The notes under the pieces: model-generated
The model's input: the letters and a program-made list of their open reading frames with translations, nothing else
The model's database searches: none
Told to the model about the DNA's origin: nothing
Made by a program: the position numbers and the translations under genes
Part shown: positions 17,884 to 26,514 of the stretch, one piece after another
Layout: each line of letters starts with the position of its first letter
Numbering within the stretch: position 1 is the stretch's first letter
NCBI GenBank assembly: GCA_942493095.1
Contig: OW818675.1
Span: 1 to 32,000, forward strand
Length of the DNA stretch: 32,000 bases
Direction of reading: 5' to 3'
DNA from: Candidatus Electronema halotolerans
GTDB taxonomy: Bacteria; Desulfobacterota; Desulfobulbia; Desulfobulbales; Desulfobulbaceae

Positions 17884-19515
17884 TCAGCCCAAGATTGCCT
17901 GCAAGTCCTCCTCCGGCGTGGCCGCAATCGGCCTGATGCCAAAGGTGGCGACAAGGAAGTTGAGAATAGCCGGGCTGATGAAGGCGGGCAGGGACGGCCC
18001 CAGACGAATGTCCTTGATGCCGAGCGAGAGCAGGGTCAGGAGGATGGCTGCCGCCTTCTGCTCATACCAGGAGATGATCATCGAGAGCGGCAGCTCGTTC
18101 ACGCCGCAGTTGAAGGCTTTGGCCAAGGCCAGGGCGATCTGAATGGCGGAATAAGCATCGTTGCACTGACCCACGTCCAGCAGGCGCGGAATGCCGCCAA
18201 TTGTGCCAAGGTCTTTGTCAAAGAAGCGGAACTTGCCGCAGGCCAAGGTCAGCACCATGCAGTCCGCAGGCACCTGCTCGACAAAGCGGGTGAAGTAGTC
18301 ACGGCCTGGTTTGGCTCCGTCACATCCGCCGACCAAGAAAAAGTGGCGGATTTGCTTGCCCTTGACCGCCTCAATCACCTTGTCCGCCACACCCAGCACC
18401 GCATTGTGGGCAAAACCGACCATGACGCTGCCCTTGTCCGCATCATCTTGCCAACCATCCATTGCCAAGGCCTTGTCAATCACCGCGCTGAAGTCCTTGC
18501 CCTCGATGTGGGTCACGCCGGGCCAGCCCACCAGACCCGTGGTGAAGATGCGTTCCTTGTAGTCCTCACGCGGCTTCTGAATACAGTTGGTGGTGAAGAG
18601 CACCGGGCCGGGAAATTCCGGGAACTCCTTGTGCTGGTTCTGCCAGGCCGTGCCAAAGTGGCCGTAGAAGTGCGGGTGCTTTTTCAACTCCGGGTAGCCG
18701 TGGCAGGGCAGCATCTCGCCGTGGGTATAGATATCAATACCCTTGCCAGCGGTCTGCTGGAGGAGCAGGTCAAGGTCGCGCAGGTCATGGCCAGTGATCA
18801 GAATGCACTTGTTCTTGCGATGACCAAGCGGCACTGAGGTCGGCACCGGGTGGCCATAGCTGCCGGTGTTGCCCGCATCGAGCAGCTCCATTGCCCGCAG
18901 ATTGATCTGCCCAGCCTTCATGGCCACAGGCACGCACTGCTCAATGGTCAGCCCTTCGGCCAGCAGCACCGACAGAGCCTCATACATGAAGCCAGCAATG
19001 GCCGGGTCCTCCTGCCCAAGAATGGCGGCATGATCCGCGTAGGCGGCAATGCCTTTCAGGCCGTAGAGCAAGGTCTGCTTGAGCGAGCGGATGTTCTCGT
19101 CCGCATCCAAGGTCTCGATGAACTTGAGGGCCGCGCCCTGCTCGGCCAAGCCTTCCACCGTCTCCGCTGAAGCAAAGGAGGCTGCCGGATGAGCAAAGTC
19201 GGTCTTGCCGCCCTTTGCCGCAAGCTGCGCCTTCAAGGCCTCGCGCAGTTCAATCGTCTTGGTGATCAAGGCGATAAAGCGGTCAGGGTCAAAATTGACA
19301 TTGGTCAGGGTTGAGAACACCGCCTTCATGACAAAGCGGTCCAGCTCGGCATCGACCATGTCCTGCTGTCTTGCCTCGTGCGCATAAAGCGACAGGCCGC
19401 AGAGGGCGTGGATGAGCAGGTCTTCAATGTTGGCCAGCTCGTCGCTTTTGCCGCAGATGCCAGCCTTGGTGCAGGCAATGCCCTTGGCCGTTTGTTCACA
19501 CTGATTGCAGTACAT
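17884..19515 (-). CDS. hcp: Hydroxylamine reductase / hybrid cluster protein
   Basis: 543 aa. N-terminal MYCNQCEQTAKGIACTKAGICGK cluster motif; HGEMLPCHGYPELKKHPHFYGHFGTAWQNQ; GPVLFTTNCIQKP; FFLVGGCDGAKPGRDYF; CGKFRFFDKDLGTIGGIPRLLDVGQCNDAYSAIQIALALA. Confidence 0.96.
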   Translation of the reverse strand: MYCNQCEQTAKGIACTKAGICGKSDELANIEDLLIHALCGLSLYAHEARQQDMVDAELDRFVMKAVFSTLTNVNFDPDRFIALITKTIELREALKAQLAAKGGKTDFAHPAASFASAETVEGLAEQGAALKFIETLDADENIRSLKQTLLYGLKGIAAYADHAAILGQEDPAIAGFMYEALSVLLAEGLTIEQCVPVAMKAGQINLRAMELLDAGNTGSYGHPVPTSVPLGHRKNKCILITGHDLRDLDLLLQQTAGKGIDIYTHGEMLPCHGYPELKKHPHFYGHFGTAWQNQHKEFPEFPGPVLFTTNCIQKPREDYKERIFTTGLVGWPGVTHIEGKDFSAVIDKALAMDGWQDDADKGSVMVGFAHNAVLGVADKVIEAVKGKQIRHFFLVGGCDGAKPGRDYFTRFVEQVPADCMVLTLACGKFRFFDKDLGTIGGIPRLLDVGQCNDAYSAIQIALALAKAFNCGVNELPLSMIISWYEQKAAAILLTLLSLGIKDIRLGPSLPAFISPAILNFLVATFGIRPIAATPEEDLQAILG

Positions 19516-19675
19516 GGTTCCTCCCGGAGTGTTGAATCGGCCTGCTGCCAGCAGCGGGCCGGTTGATTGCGCAGTTGCAGGAAAAAGGATACCTTTTGGA
19601 GCGGGAAAAAGAAAGAGCCATGCCGCTTATTTCCGGGCAGGACTCGTCGCGGCCATAGCCGATGCTGCTGTCGGG

Positions 19676-19771
19676 GAGAGTCTCTGCAAGGCAGGCTCAG
19701 GCAATGCAATCCGTGCAGGCATTCAGCGTTGCAACTGCCTGACTTGCGGAAGAACCTTCACTGAAACGTGA
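19676..19771 (+). pseudogene. Possible remnant of transposase N-terminal zinc-ribbon (IS1/IS1595-like)
   Basis: Frame +2 reads ESLCKAGSGNAIRAGIQRCNCLTCGRTFTET*, resembling CPxCGSxxxxxxGxQRYxCxxCGRTF motifs. No further transposase sequence follows. Confidence 0.35.
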
Positions 19772-19988
19772 CTCTTATGGCCAAAACCTGCTGGCCCGGT
19801 CAGGTGATCTTTTGTCGCAATAACAGATGAAAGTTGACATGGACAGACTTCCTGCGCAGATGGCCGGTGCTGGCCGAAAAAATTCGGAGAAAAAACAGTG
19901 CTGGCAATTCAGTCGATTCCTGAGTAGAATGCTGCATTTTTTCTTGAAAGCGCAAAGGAGGAGGAGCATAGCGGCCTTAGGAAGCTTC

Positions 19989-21203
19989 ATGTTTTCACAG
20001 CATCTCAAAAAGGAAACCGTTGTCTCGCTCATCAACACCATTGGCGAGCTGAATCAGCTCCAAGATGTGGACATGATTCTGGACAGCACTCTGCGGGAAG
20101 CCCGGCGGCTCGCCAATGCTGATGCTGGCTCCATTTTCCTGCTGCGGAACGGGAGGCTGGAATTCCGCCATGTTCAGAATGACACCCTGTTCGGTCCAAA
20201 AGGTGCCGGGGTTTTCCAGTACAGCACCGAGACCCTGCCGGTGAGCAGCAAATCCATAGTCGGTTATGCCGCCCTGACCAAACAGATGGTGGCCATTGAC
20301 AATGCCTATCAGATCAGCCCGAACTTGCCCTGCCGTTTCAACAGCTCCTTTGATGAGATGAACGGCTATCACACAGCCTCCATTCTGGCTGTGCCGTTGA
20401 TTTCCAAAAATCAAAGCATTGTCGGAGTGATGCAGCTCATCAACGCCAAGGACCGGAAAGGCGGGGCCACGGTCTTTTCCGAGGCGGTGAAAACGCTGGT
20501 CCCCATTTTCACCAACAATGCGGCGGCGATTATTGAGCGGGGCATTCTCAACCGGGAGCTGATCCTGCGCATGGCCAAAATGGCTGAACTGCACGACCCG
20601 GAGGAGACCGGCTCTCATGTGGAGCGGGTCAGTGCCTTCTCGGCTGAGATTTACCAGCGCTGGGCTGAGAATAGAAACCTGCCTGCCTGGGAAATCCGCC
20701 GCTTCCGGGACCTGATCAGTCAGGCGGCCATGCTTCACGACGCAGGCAAAGTCGGCATTCCTGATTCAGTCCTGAAAAAGCCTGGACGCTTGACGGATGA
20801 GGAATTTGCCCTGGTCAAGCAGCACACTGTCTATGGCGCCCAGCTGTTCAGCAATATTTCTTCTGAGCTGGATCAGGTCACGCATGACATCATGCTCCAT
20901 CATCATGAACGCTGGAACGGGGAAGGGTATCCGGGCCGTCTGGAGCCGTCTGGGCAGCGCCGCCCCTTGGCTGGCGAGGAAATCCCCCTGCCCGCCCGGA
21001 TCACGGCCTTAGCCGATGTCTTTGATGCGCTGGCCTCCAAACGCTGCTACAAGGAGCCTTGGGATGTTAAGGATATTTATACGGAAATCAGGTTGAAAGC
21101 AGGTTGTGACTTTGACCCGGAGCTGGTGGAGACCTTTTTTCAAATCACGGATATTTTGGAAGCGATTCAAAAAAAATTCAATAGAACGGAAAGGAGATGC
21201 TAG
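19989..21203 (+). CDS. GAF domain + HD-GYP domain protein, predicted cyclic-di-GMP phosphodiesterase
   Basis: GAF-like LINTIGELNQLQDVDMILDSTLREARRLANADAGSIFLL; HD-GYP AAMLHDAGKVGIPDSVLKKPGRLTDEE, HHHERWNGEGYPGRL, RITALADVFDALASKRCYK. ORF open from 19827; ATG 19989 aligns with domain start. Confidence 0.88.
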   Translation: MFSQHLKKETVVSLINTIGELNQLQDVDMILDSTLREARRLANADAGSIFLLRNGRLEFRHVQNDTLFGPKGAGVFQYSTETLPVSSKSIVGYAALTKQMVAIDNAYQISPNLPCRFNSSFDEMNGYHTASILAVPLISKNQSIVGVMQLINAKDRKGGATVFSEAVKTLVPIFTNNAAAIIERGILNRELILRMAKMAELHDPEETGSHVERVSAFSAEIYQRWAENRNLPAWEIRRFRDLISQAAMLHDAGKVGIPDSVLKKPGRLTDEEFALVKQHTVYGAQLFSNISSELDQVTHDIMLHHHERWNGEGYPGRLEPSGQRRPLAGEEIPLPARITALADVFDALASKRCYKEPWDVKDIYTEIRLKAGCDFDPELVETFFQITDILEAIQKKFNRTERRC

Positions 21204-21568
21204 AAAAAGCCATAGCTGAACTGAAAAAAATAGTTCCCTTTAAAGACACTGCCGAGATCGGCGACATCCTCCTGGTTCTTGCTGAGGAAGAGCAGCAGCC
21301 GACCCTGATTTACGCCCTGCTGACCGGCATTGAGCGCGATGAGACCCGCAAGGACGAGTGGTGGCATGTCTCCTTGCAGCTCCTGTCCGTGCCGCCCCAG
21401 CCCGTGGTCTGGACTCTGCGCACCCCGCAGTTCACAGGCCAGGAGAGCTTCACTATGGGCGGCAAGGGCCGGTTCATCAAGGCGGTGCGGATCGAGCGAC
21501 CGCAGCAGCCTGCGGCTCCGGCACCGCTGGAAAAGAAACGGAAGAGCGGGCTGCGTTTAGTCAAATGA
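21197..21568 (+). CDS. Conserved hypothetical small protein
   Basis: 123 aa ORF overlapping the HD-GYP stop by 7 bp and the HPr-like start by 4 bp (ATGA), with consistent operon spacing. No family recognised. Confidence 0.65.
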   Translation: MLEKAIAELKKIVPFKDTAEIGDILLVLAEEEQQPTLIYALLTGIERDETRKDEWWHVSLQLLSVPPQPVVWTLRTPQFTGQESFTMGGKGRFIKAVRIERPQQPAAPAPLEKKRKSGLRLVK

Positions 21569-21837
21569 GCCGCAAGGCCTGGGAAGGCCGGGTTGCCAAT
21601 CCCAAGGGAGTGCATTGCCGGGTCGCATCCCGCCTGAGCGAGATTGCCGCTGCTCACGACGCGGCAGTGCAGCTTGCCAATGCGCAGGGCGAGACTGCGG
21701 ACTGCGCTTCAATGCTGGAAATTCTGAGCTTGGCTCTCACGCAGGGCAGCGTGGTCCGCTGCACCGCAGAAGGGCCGGAGGCGGCGCAGGCAGCGCAGGC
21801 CATTGAGCGGCTGCTCACCTGCCCAGAGGAGCAGTGA
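21565..21837 (+). CDS. HPr-family phosphocarrier-like protein (divergent)
   Basis: 90 aa from internal ATG of the listed 159-aa ORF: MSRKAWEGRVANPKGVHCRVASRLSEIAA...ADCASMLEILSLALTQGSVVRCTAEGPEAAQAAQAIERLL; matches the GLHARPA...KSIxxLLxLxxxxGxxI..A.G HPr layout. Confidence 0.78.
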   Translation: MSRKAWEGRVANPKGVHCRVASRLSEIAAAHDAAVQLANAQGETADCASMLEILSLALTQGSVVRCTAEGPEAAQAAQAIERLLTCPEEQ

Positions 21838-21838
21838 C

Positions 21839-23647
21839 ATGGACACAGAGCTGGATTGGCAGCCAGATACTGGCGAACCAGAGACCCTGCGCGGCATCAG
21901 CGGCTCGCCCGGCATTGTCGTGGGCAAGGTGGTGGTCTTCAGCCCGCGCCCGGACGGCTTCATCCGCTACCGGCTGGAAGAGGGGGCTGAGGGCAAGGAG
22001 GAGGAGCGCTTCCGGGCGGCGGCGGAACGGGCCGAGCAGGGCCTGCTGGAGCTGCGGCGGCAGTTTGCGAGTGATCTCTCTGACACTTTGGCCATTGTTG
22101 ACTCCCATATCCGCATGGTCCGGGACCGGATGCTCTTTGACCAGACCCTGAACCTGATCCGCGAAAAGCAGCTCAATGCCGAATGGGCGCTTGCCCGCAC
22201 CCTTGGCCTGATCAAACGGAAATTTGATCATATTGCCGATGACTACATCCGGGGCCGCTTTGCTGATGTCGAATATGTGGCCCGGCTGATTGGTGAGCAG
22301 CTCTCCGGCCAAGGGCGGAATTTTCCAGCCGGCTTTGCCGAGCCGGTGATTGTGGCGGGCGAAGATTTCTCGCCGGTTGACACGATCAGGATGCACACGG
22401 ACAAGGTGCTCGGCTTTCTCACCGAAAAAGGCGGAGCCACCTCGCACACCGCCATTGTCGCCCGCTCGCTCGGCCTGCCGGCAGTGGTCGGGGTGAGCGG
22501 TCTGACCAACCGCTGCCGCACTGGCGACACCATCATTCTTGACGGCTACGAGGGCCGGGTCTGCCTGCATCCAACCCAAGACCAGCAGCGGCTTCATCTG
22601 GAATACGACCGCCAGCACCGGACGTTTTCCGAGGAAATGCGCTGGTACATCCGGCTGGCCTCGGAAACTGTGGATGGCCTGCGGGTGCGGCTCTCAGCCA
22701 ATATTGAAATCCCGGACGAGCTGGAGACCGCCATTTATTACGGAGCCGCAGGCATTGGCCTGTTCCGCTCAGAATTCGGCTATTTTCAGGGACGGGACCT
22801 GCCGGACGAGGAACGTCTGTTTGGTGTTTATCGCGACATGCTGACCGCCTTGAACCCGGAGCCAGTCACCATCCGCACTTTGGATGTGGGCGGCGACAAG
22901 CTGGCCGCGCATCTGCCCGGCAGCGGCATGCCCGTGGTCCGCGAGCGCAATCCAGCCTTGGGCCTGCGCTCGATCCGCTTTTCCCTGCATGAGAAGTCGC
23001 TCTTCATCACCCAGCTCCGCGCTCTGCTCCGGGCCTCTTGTCATGGCCGCCTGAAAATTCTCCTGCCCATGATTTCTTCTCTCAGCGAGCTGCGCCAAGT
23101 GCGGGCCGTGATTGCCGAAGTCATGGGCCAGCTGACCAAGGAAGATATTCCCTTCAATCCTGACCTTGAAATCGGCATCATGATTGAGGTGCCGAGCGCC
23201 GTGGTGCTGGCTGACACGCTGGCGGCGGAGGCCGATTTTTTCAGCATCGGCACCAACGACCTGATCCAGTATTCCTTGGCCATTGACCGGAGCAACGAGT
23301 ATGTGGCCGCGATGTACGACCCGCTCCATCCGGCGGTGCTGCGGCTGATCAGCCAGACCGTGGAGGCGGGCCACCGGCAGGGGATTGAGGTCTCGCTCTG
23401 CGGCGAGATGGCGGGCGATGTCTTCACGGCCCCAGTTCTGCTCGGTCTGGGCTTGGACGAGCTGTCCATGCGGCCCTCGGCCATTCCCCATGTCAAGCGG
23501 CTGCTGCGCCATTCCACCTTCAGCAGGTTGAGCGGTCTGACCAAGCAGCTCCTGCACTGCGGCGACAGCAGCGAGACTCATGCCGTGCTCAAGCAGTATC
23601 TGGCTGACAATTACCCTGACCAGTTTGCCGACTATGAAGGAACGTGA
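21839..23647 (+). CDS. ptsI: Phosphoenolpyruvate-protein phosphotransferase (enzyme I)
   Basis: LRGISGSPGIVVGKVVVF, TEKGGATSHTAIVARSLGLPAVVG, FRSEFGYFQGRDLPDEE, LKILLPMISSLSELRQVRAV, GIMIEVPSAVVLAD, FFSIGTNDLIQYSLAIDRSNEYVA, EVSLCGEMAGD. Confidence 0.95.
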   Translation: MDTELDWQPDTGEPETLRGISGSPGIVVGKVVVFSPRPDGFIRYRLEEGAEGKEEERFRAAAERAEQGLLELRRQFASDLSDTLAIVDSHIRMVRDRMLFDQTLNLIREKQLNAEWALARTLGLIKRKFDHIADDYIRGRFADVEYVARLIGEQLSGQGRNFPAGFAEPVIVAGEDFSPVDTIRMHTDKVLGFLTEKGGATSHTAIVARSLGLPAVVGVSGLTNRCRTGDTIILDGYEGRVCLHPTQDQQRLHLEYDRQHRTFSEEMRWYIRLASETVDGLRVRLSANIEIPDELETAIYYGAAGIGLFRSEFGYFQGRDLPDEERLFGVYRDMLTALNPEPVTIRTLDVGGDKLAAHLPGSGMPVVRERNPALGLRSIRFSLHEKSLFITQLRALLRASCHGRLKILLPMISSLSELRQVRAVIAEVMGQLTKEDIPFNPDLEIGIMIEVPSAVVLADTLAAEADFFSIGTNDLIQYSLAIDRSNEYVAAMYDPLHPAVLRLISQTVEAGHRQGIEVSLCGEMAGDVFTAPVLLGLGLDELSMRPSAIPHVKRLLRHSTFSRLSGLTKQLLHCGDSSETHAVLKQYLADNYPDQFADYEGT

Positions 23648-24635
23648 GCTGATAGCCTGGATTCAAGGCTTGACCGAACAAGGCGGCAAGGGGCTGCTGC
23701 AAGGCATTGGCGATGACTGTGCCGTGATTGAAAAAAATGCGGACACAGTCTGGCTGCTGACTATGGACAGCCTGATTGAGTCGGTGCATTTCAACTGCGC
23801 CTGGCATCCGCCGGAACTGCTGGGCCGCAAGGCGGTGGCCGTCAATTGCAGCGACATCGCGGCAATGGGCGGCCAGCCGCTCTTTGCCCTGATCGGGCTT
23901 GGTCTGCCTGCTGATTTTTCATCGGATTGGGCCGGGCGGCTCATGCAGGGACTCACCCAAGCCTGCCAGGAGCAGGGCTGCCTGCTCATTGGCGGCGACA
24001 CAGTGCGCAGCCCGGAACAGGTCATGCTGACCCTGACCGTGATCGGCGAAATGCGGAAAGAGCAGGTCCTGTACCGGCACAAGGCCCAGCCCGGCGACAC
24101 AATCTGGGTTTCCGGGCCGCTGGGTTGCTCTGCCGCCGGACTGGCTCTGCTTCAGGCAGGCAAATCAGCAATTGACCTGCAATGGCGGGACCTTATTCTG
24201 ACCCATCTTGACCCGCAGCCGCAGACCGGGCTGGGCCGTCTGCTGGCTGCAAGCACATTAGTTCACGCGATGATGGACATGTCTGACGGCTTGGCCACGG
24301 ATTTGGCCCATCTCTGTGAACAAAGCAAGGTCGGCGCGGTCATAGAGGCTGACCTCCTGCCCGGTGCGGCGGAACTGACAGCGGCTGCCGATCTGCTGGG
24401 ACAAGACCCGCTGACGTGGATGCTTTCTGGTGGTGAGGATTACACACTGCTCTTCACAGCTACTGCTCATGCCACAGAGGCAGTGCAGGTGCTGACAGCG
24501 GAACAGGGCTGGCGGATTCATCCGGTCGGCAGCATCAGGGCCGGACAGGGGCTGCGGCTGATCCGCAGTGATGGAGGAGAAGAGGACGTTCTCTTCCAAG
24601 GTTTTGATCATTTTCCAAGAGAGGTGGCACCATGA
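23634..24635 (+). CDS. thiL: Thiamine-monophosphate kinase
   Basis: GIGDDCAVIE, LTMDSLIESVHF, LLGRKAVAVNCSDIAAMGGQPLFALIGLGLP, IGGDTVRSPEQVMLTLTVIGE, MMDMSDGLATDLAHLCEQSKVGAVIE, WMLSGGEDYTLLFT. Internal ATG 23634 is the likely start. Confidence 0.93.
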   Translation: MKERELIAWIQGLTEQGGKGLLQGIGDDCAVIEKNADTVWLLTMDSLIESVHFNCAWHPPELLGRKAVAVNCSDIAAMGGQPLFALIGLGLPADFSSDWAGRLMQGLTQACQEQGCLLIGGDTVRSPEQVMLTLTVIGEMRKEQVLYRHKAQPGDTIWVSGPLGCSAAGLALLQAGKSAIDLQWRDLILTHLDPQPQTGLGRLLAASTLVHAMMDMSDGLATDLAHLCEQSKVGAVIEADLLPGAAELTAAADLLGQDPLTWMLSGGEDYTLLFTATAHATEAVQVLTAEQGWRIHPVGSIRAGQGLRLIRSDGGEEDVLFQGFDHFPREVAP

Positions 24636-25087
24636 AGAAAAGCAAATGCAAATGTCTGATCGGGCTGACCGCCTTGGGACTGTCGCTGCTCGCCCTGCTG
24701 CTGGCAGTCTTCCCCTCCTGTTACATTCAGCAGAATATATTGAATATTGAGCCAATCTGCCACGATGAGCGCGCTCCCTTCTCCTTTAATCTGGAGAGAT
24801 GCGGCCAGCAGCTTATCTGCCCGACTGAGGCGGAACAGTGCGCGGCGGATATCAGACAATTGGACTGGCATCTCCGACTCTCCAACATACTCATGATCCT
24901 GGCTGCGGCAGCGGCAATCAGCACGGCTCTGTACGCATGGCGGAAGGAGCAGGCCAAGGAGTTCTGCCTGTTCAGCATTGTCGCCTCGCTGCTTGCGCTG
25001 TCATGGCAGCATGTCAACGCGCTGCTCTCGGTCAGCATGGCCCTGCTGCTCTTCATGATCCTGACCGCCCGCTCCCGGCTGAGTTAA
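24632..25087 (+). CDS. Small multi-TM membrane protein of unknown function
   Basis: 151 aa, ATGA overlap with thiL stop. Several predicted TM stretches (LIGLTALGLSLLALLLAVF, ILMILAAAAAISTALYAW, LCLFSIVASLLALSW, ALLSVSMALLLFMILTA). Confidence 0.7.
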   Translation: MKKSKCKCLIGLTALGLSLLALLLAVFPSCYIQQNILNIEPICHDERAPFSFNLERCGQQLICPTEAEQCAADIRQLDWHLRLSNILMILAAAAAISTALYAWRKEQAKEFCLFSIVASLLALSWQHVNALLSVSMALLLFMILTARSRLS

Positions 25088-25123
25088 GCGGGGCAGAGGC
25101 CGCGTCCGCCGGAGCTGGCGGGC

Positions 25124-25146
25124 AGCAATTGGTGATTGCTTTTTTC
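25124..25146 (+). terminator. Rho-independent terminator
   Basis: AGCAAT-TGGTG-ATTGCT followed by TTTTT, just downstream of the operon ending at 25087. Confidence 0.65.
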
Positions 25147-25220
25147 CTGTCTGGGGGGTAGTCTGCCCGGACAAAAGGGCACGGCAGCGTGGCTAAGGCA
25201 TTTCAACCAATTTTCAGATC

Positions 25221-26417
25221 ATGAGCAATTCAGACTGGACAGCACGGGGTGAGGCAGTGTTTGCAGGCACCTACAGCCGTTTTCCGGCGGCCATTGTCAA
25301 GGGCGAGGGCTGCCGTCTCTGGGACGCGGACGGCAGGGAATACGTGGATTTTCTTGCTGGGATCGCGGTCTGCTCCTTGGGCCACTGTCACCCGGCAGTG
25401 ACCGAGGCCATCTGCGCGCAGGCCAAGCAGCTCGTGCATGTCTCCAACCTCTTTCACACCCTGCCGCAGATCGAGCTGGCCGAGCTGCTGACCGCGCACA
25501 GCTTTGCCGAGCGGGTCTTCTTCTGCAACTCCGGGGCAGAGGCCAACGAGGCCGCAATCAAGCTGGCCCGTATCTGGAGCGGCGCAGGCAGGCATGAGGT
25601 GATCTCGCTGACCGGCTCCTTTCATGGCCGGACGCTGGCCACAGTCGCGGCCACGGGTCAGCCCAAGTTCCACAAGGGTTTTGAGCCGCTGCCAGCAGGC
25701 TTTGTTCATGCTGAGTTTGGCGAGCCGCAAGAGCTGGAACGGCTGATCCGCCCGCAGACCTGCGCTGTGCTCTGCGAACCCTTGCAGGGCGAGAGCGGAG
25801 TGCGGCCCTTGTCGCCGGATTATCTGCTCGCCCTGCGGCGCATCTGCGATCAGCATGGCCTGCTCCTGATCTTTGACGAGGTACAGACCGGCATTGGCCG
25901 CACCGGCACACTCTTCGCCTACGAGCAGTGCGGCGTGGTCCCGGACATCATGACCCTGGCCAAGGCCCTTGCCAACGGCCTGCCCATTGGCGCGATGCTG
26001 ACCCGGACTGAGATTGCCGCCGCCTTCACACCCGGCACCCATGCCTCCACCTTTGGCGGCAATCCGGTTGCGGCAGCGGCAGCCGTGGCCGTGCTCAAGA
26101 CCATGCTGGCGGACGGCTTTTGTGCTGATCTGCATGAACGGAGCAAGTATTTCATCGGGCGGCTGGAAGAGATTGCCCGGCAGTTTCCGCAGCTCTGCAC
26201 CGGGGTGCGCGGACGCGGCATGCTGCTTGGCTTGGTGCTGACCGAAAAAGGCATCACGCACGGACAGGATATTGTCCGGCTTATGTTTGAGCGCGGCCTG
26301 CTGATCAACTTTGCCGGAATGCAGGTGCTGCGCTTCATCCCGCCCCTGACCGTCAGCCGCGAGGAAATCGACATTGTCATTGCCGGGCTAACTGAAGTAC
26401 TGGCTGAACTGGGCTGA
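25221..26417 (+). CDS. argD: Acetylornithine aminotransferase-type class III aminotransferase
   Basis: GREYVDFLAGIAVCSLGHCHPAV, VSNLFHTLPQIELAELL, ERVFFCNSGAEANEAAIKLAR, SFHGRTLATVAATGQPKFHKGFEPL, LLIFDEVQTGIGRTGTLFAYEQCGVVPDIMTLAKALANGLPIGAML, PGTHASTFGGNPVAAAAA. Confidence 0.92.
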   Translation: MSNSDWTARGEAVFAGTYSRFPAAIVKGEGCRLWDADGREYVDFLAGIAVCSLGHCHPAVTEAICAQAKQLVHVSNLFHTLPQIELAELLTAHSFAERVFFCNSGAEANEAAIKLARIWSGAGRHEVISLTGSFHGRTLATVAATGQPKFHKGFEPLPAGFVHAEFGEPQELERLIRPQTCAVLCEPLQGESGVRPLSPDYLLALRRICDQHGLLLIFDEVQTGIGRTGTLFAYEQCGVVPDIMTLAKALANGLPIGAMLTRTEIAAAFTPGTHASTFGGNPVAAAAAVAVLKTMLADGFCADLHERSKYFIGRLEEIARQFPQLCTGVRGRGMLLGLVLTEKGITHGQDIVRLMFERGLLINFAGMQVLRFIPPLTVSREEIDIVIAGLTEVLAELG

Positions 26418-26501
26418 CACCCAGTGCGGGACGAGCTGGCACCGGGTGGCAAAACCTCTGGCACCGGGTGCGAGACAGGCTGGAACCGTGGTGCCAGCCA
26501 A
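26414..26501. repeat. Four-unit array with 22-bp period and conserved CTGGCACCGGGTG core
   Basis: Starts at 26414 CTGACACCCAGTGCGGGACGAG, 26436 CTGGCACCGGGTGGCAAAACCT, 26458 CTGGCACCGGGTGCGAGACAGG, 26480 CTGGAACCGTGGTGCCAGCCAA; exact 22-bp spacing. Confidence 0.65.
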
Positions 26502-26514
26502 TGCCATTTCTGCC

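Noticed and set aside
19505-19990. HcpR/NO-responsive operator upstream of hcp (TTGAC-n-GTCAA type)
   Set aside because: No convincing palindromic match was found by eye in the hcp upstream region; a motif scan would be needed.
22769-23581. 270-aa minus-strand ORF opposite ptsI
   Set aside because: Entirely antisense to a highly conserved enzyme I sequence; no motif support.
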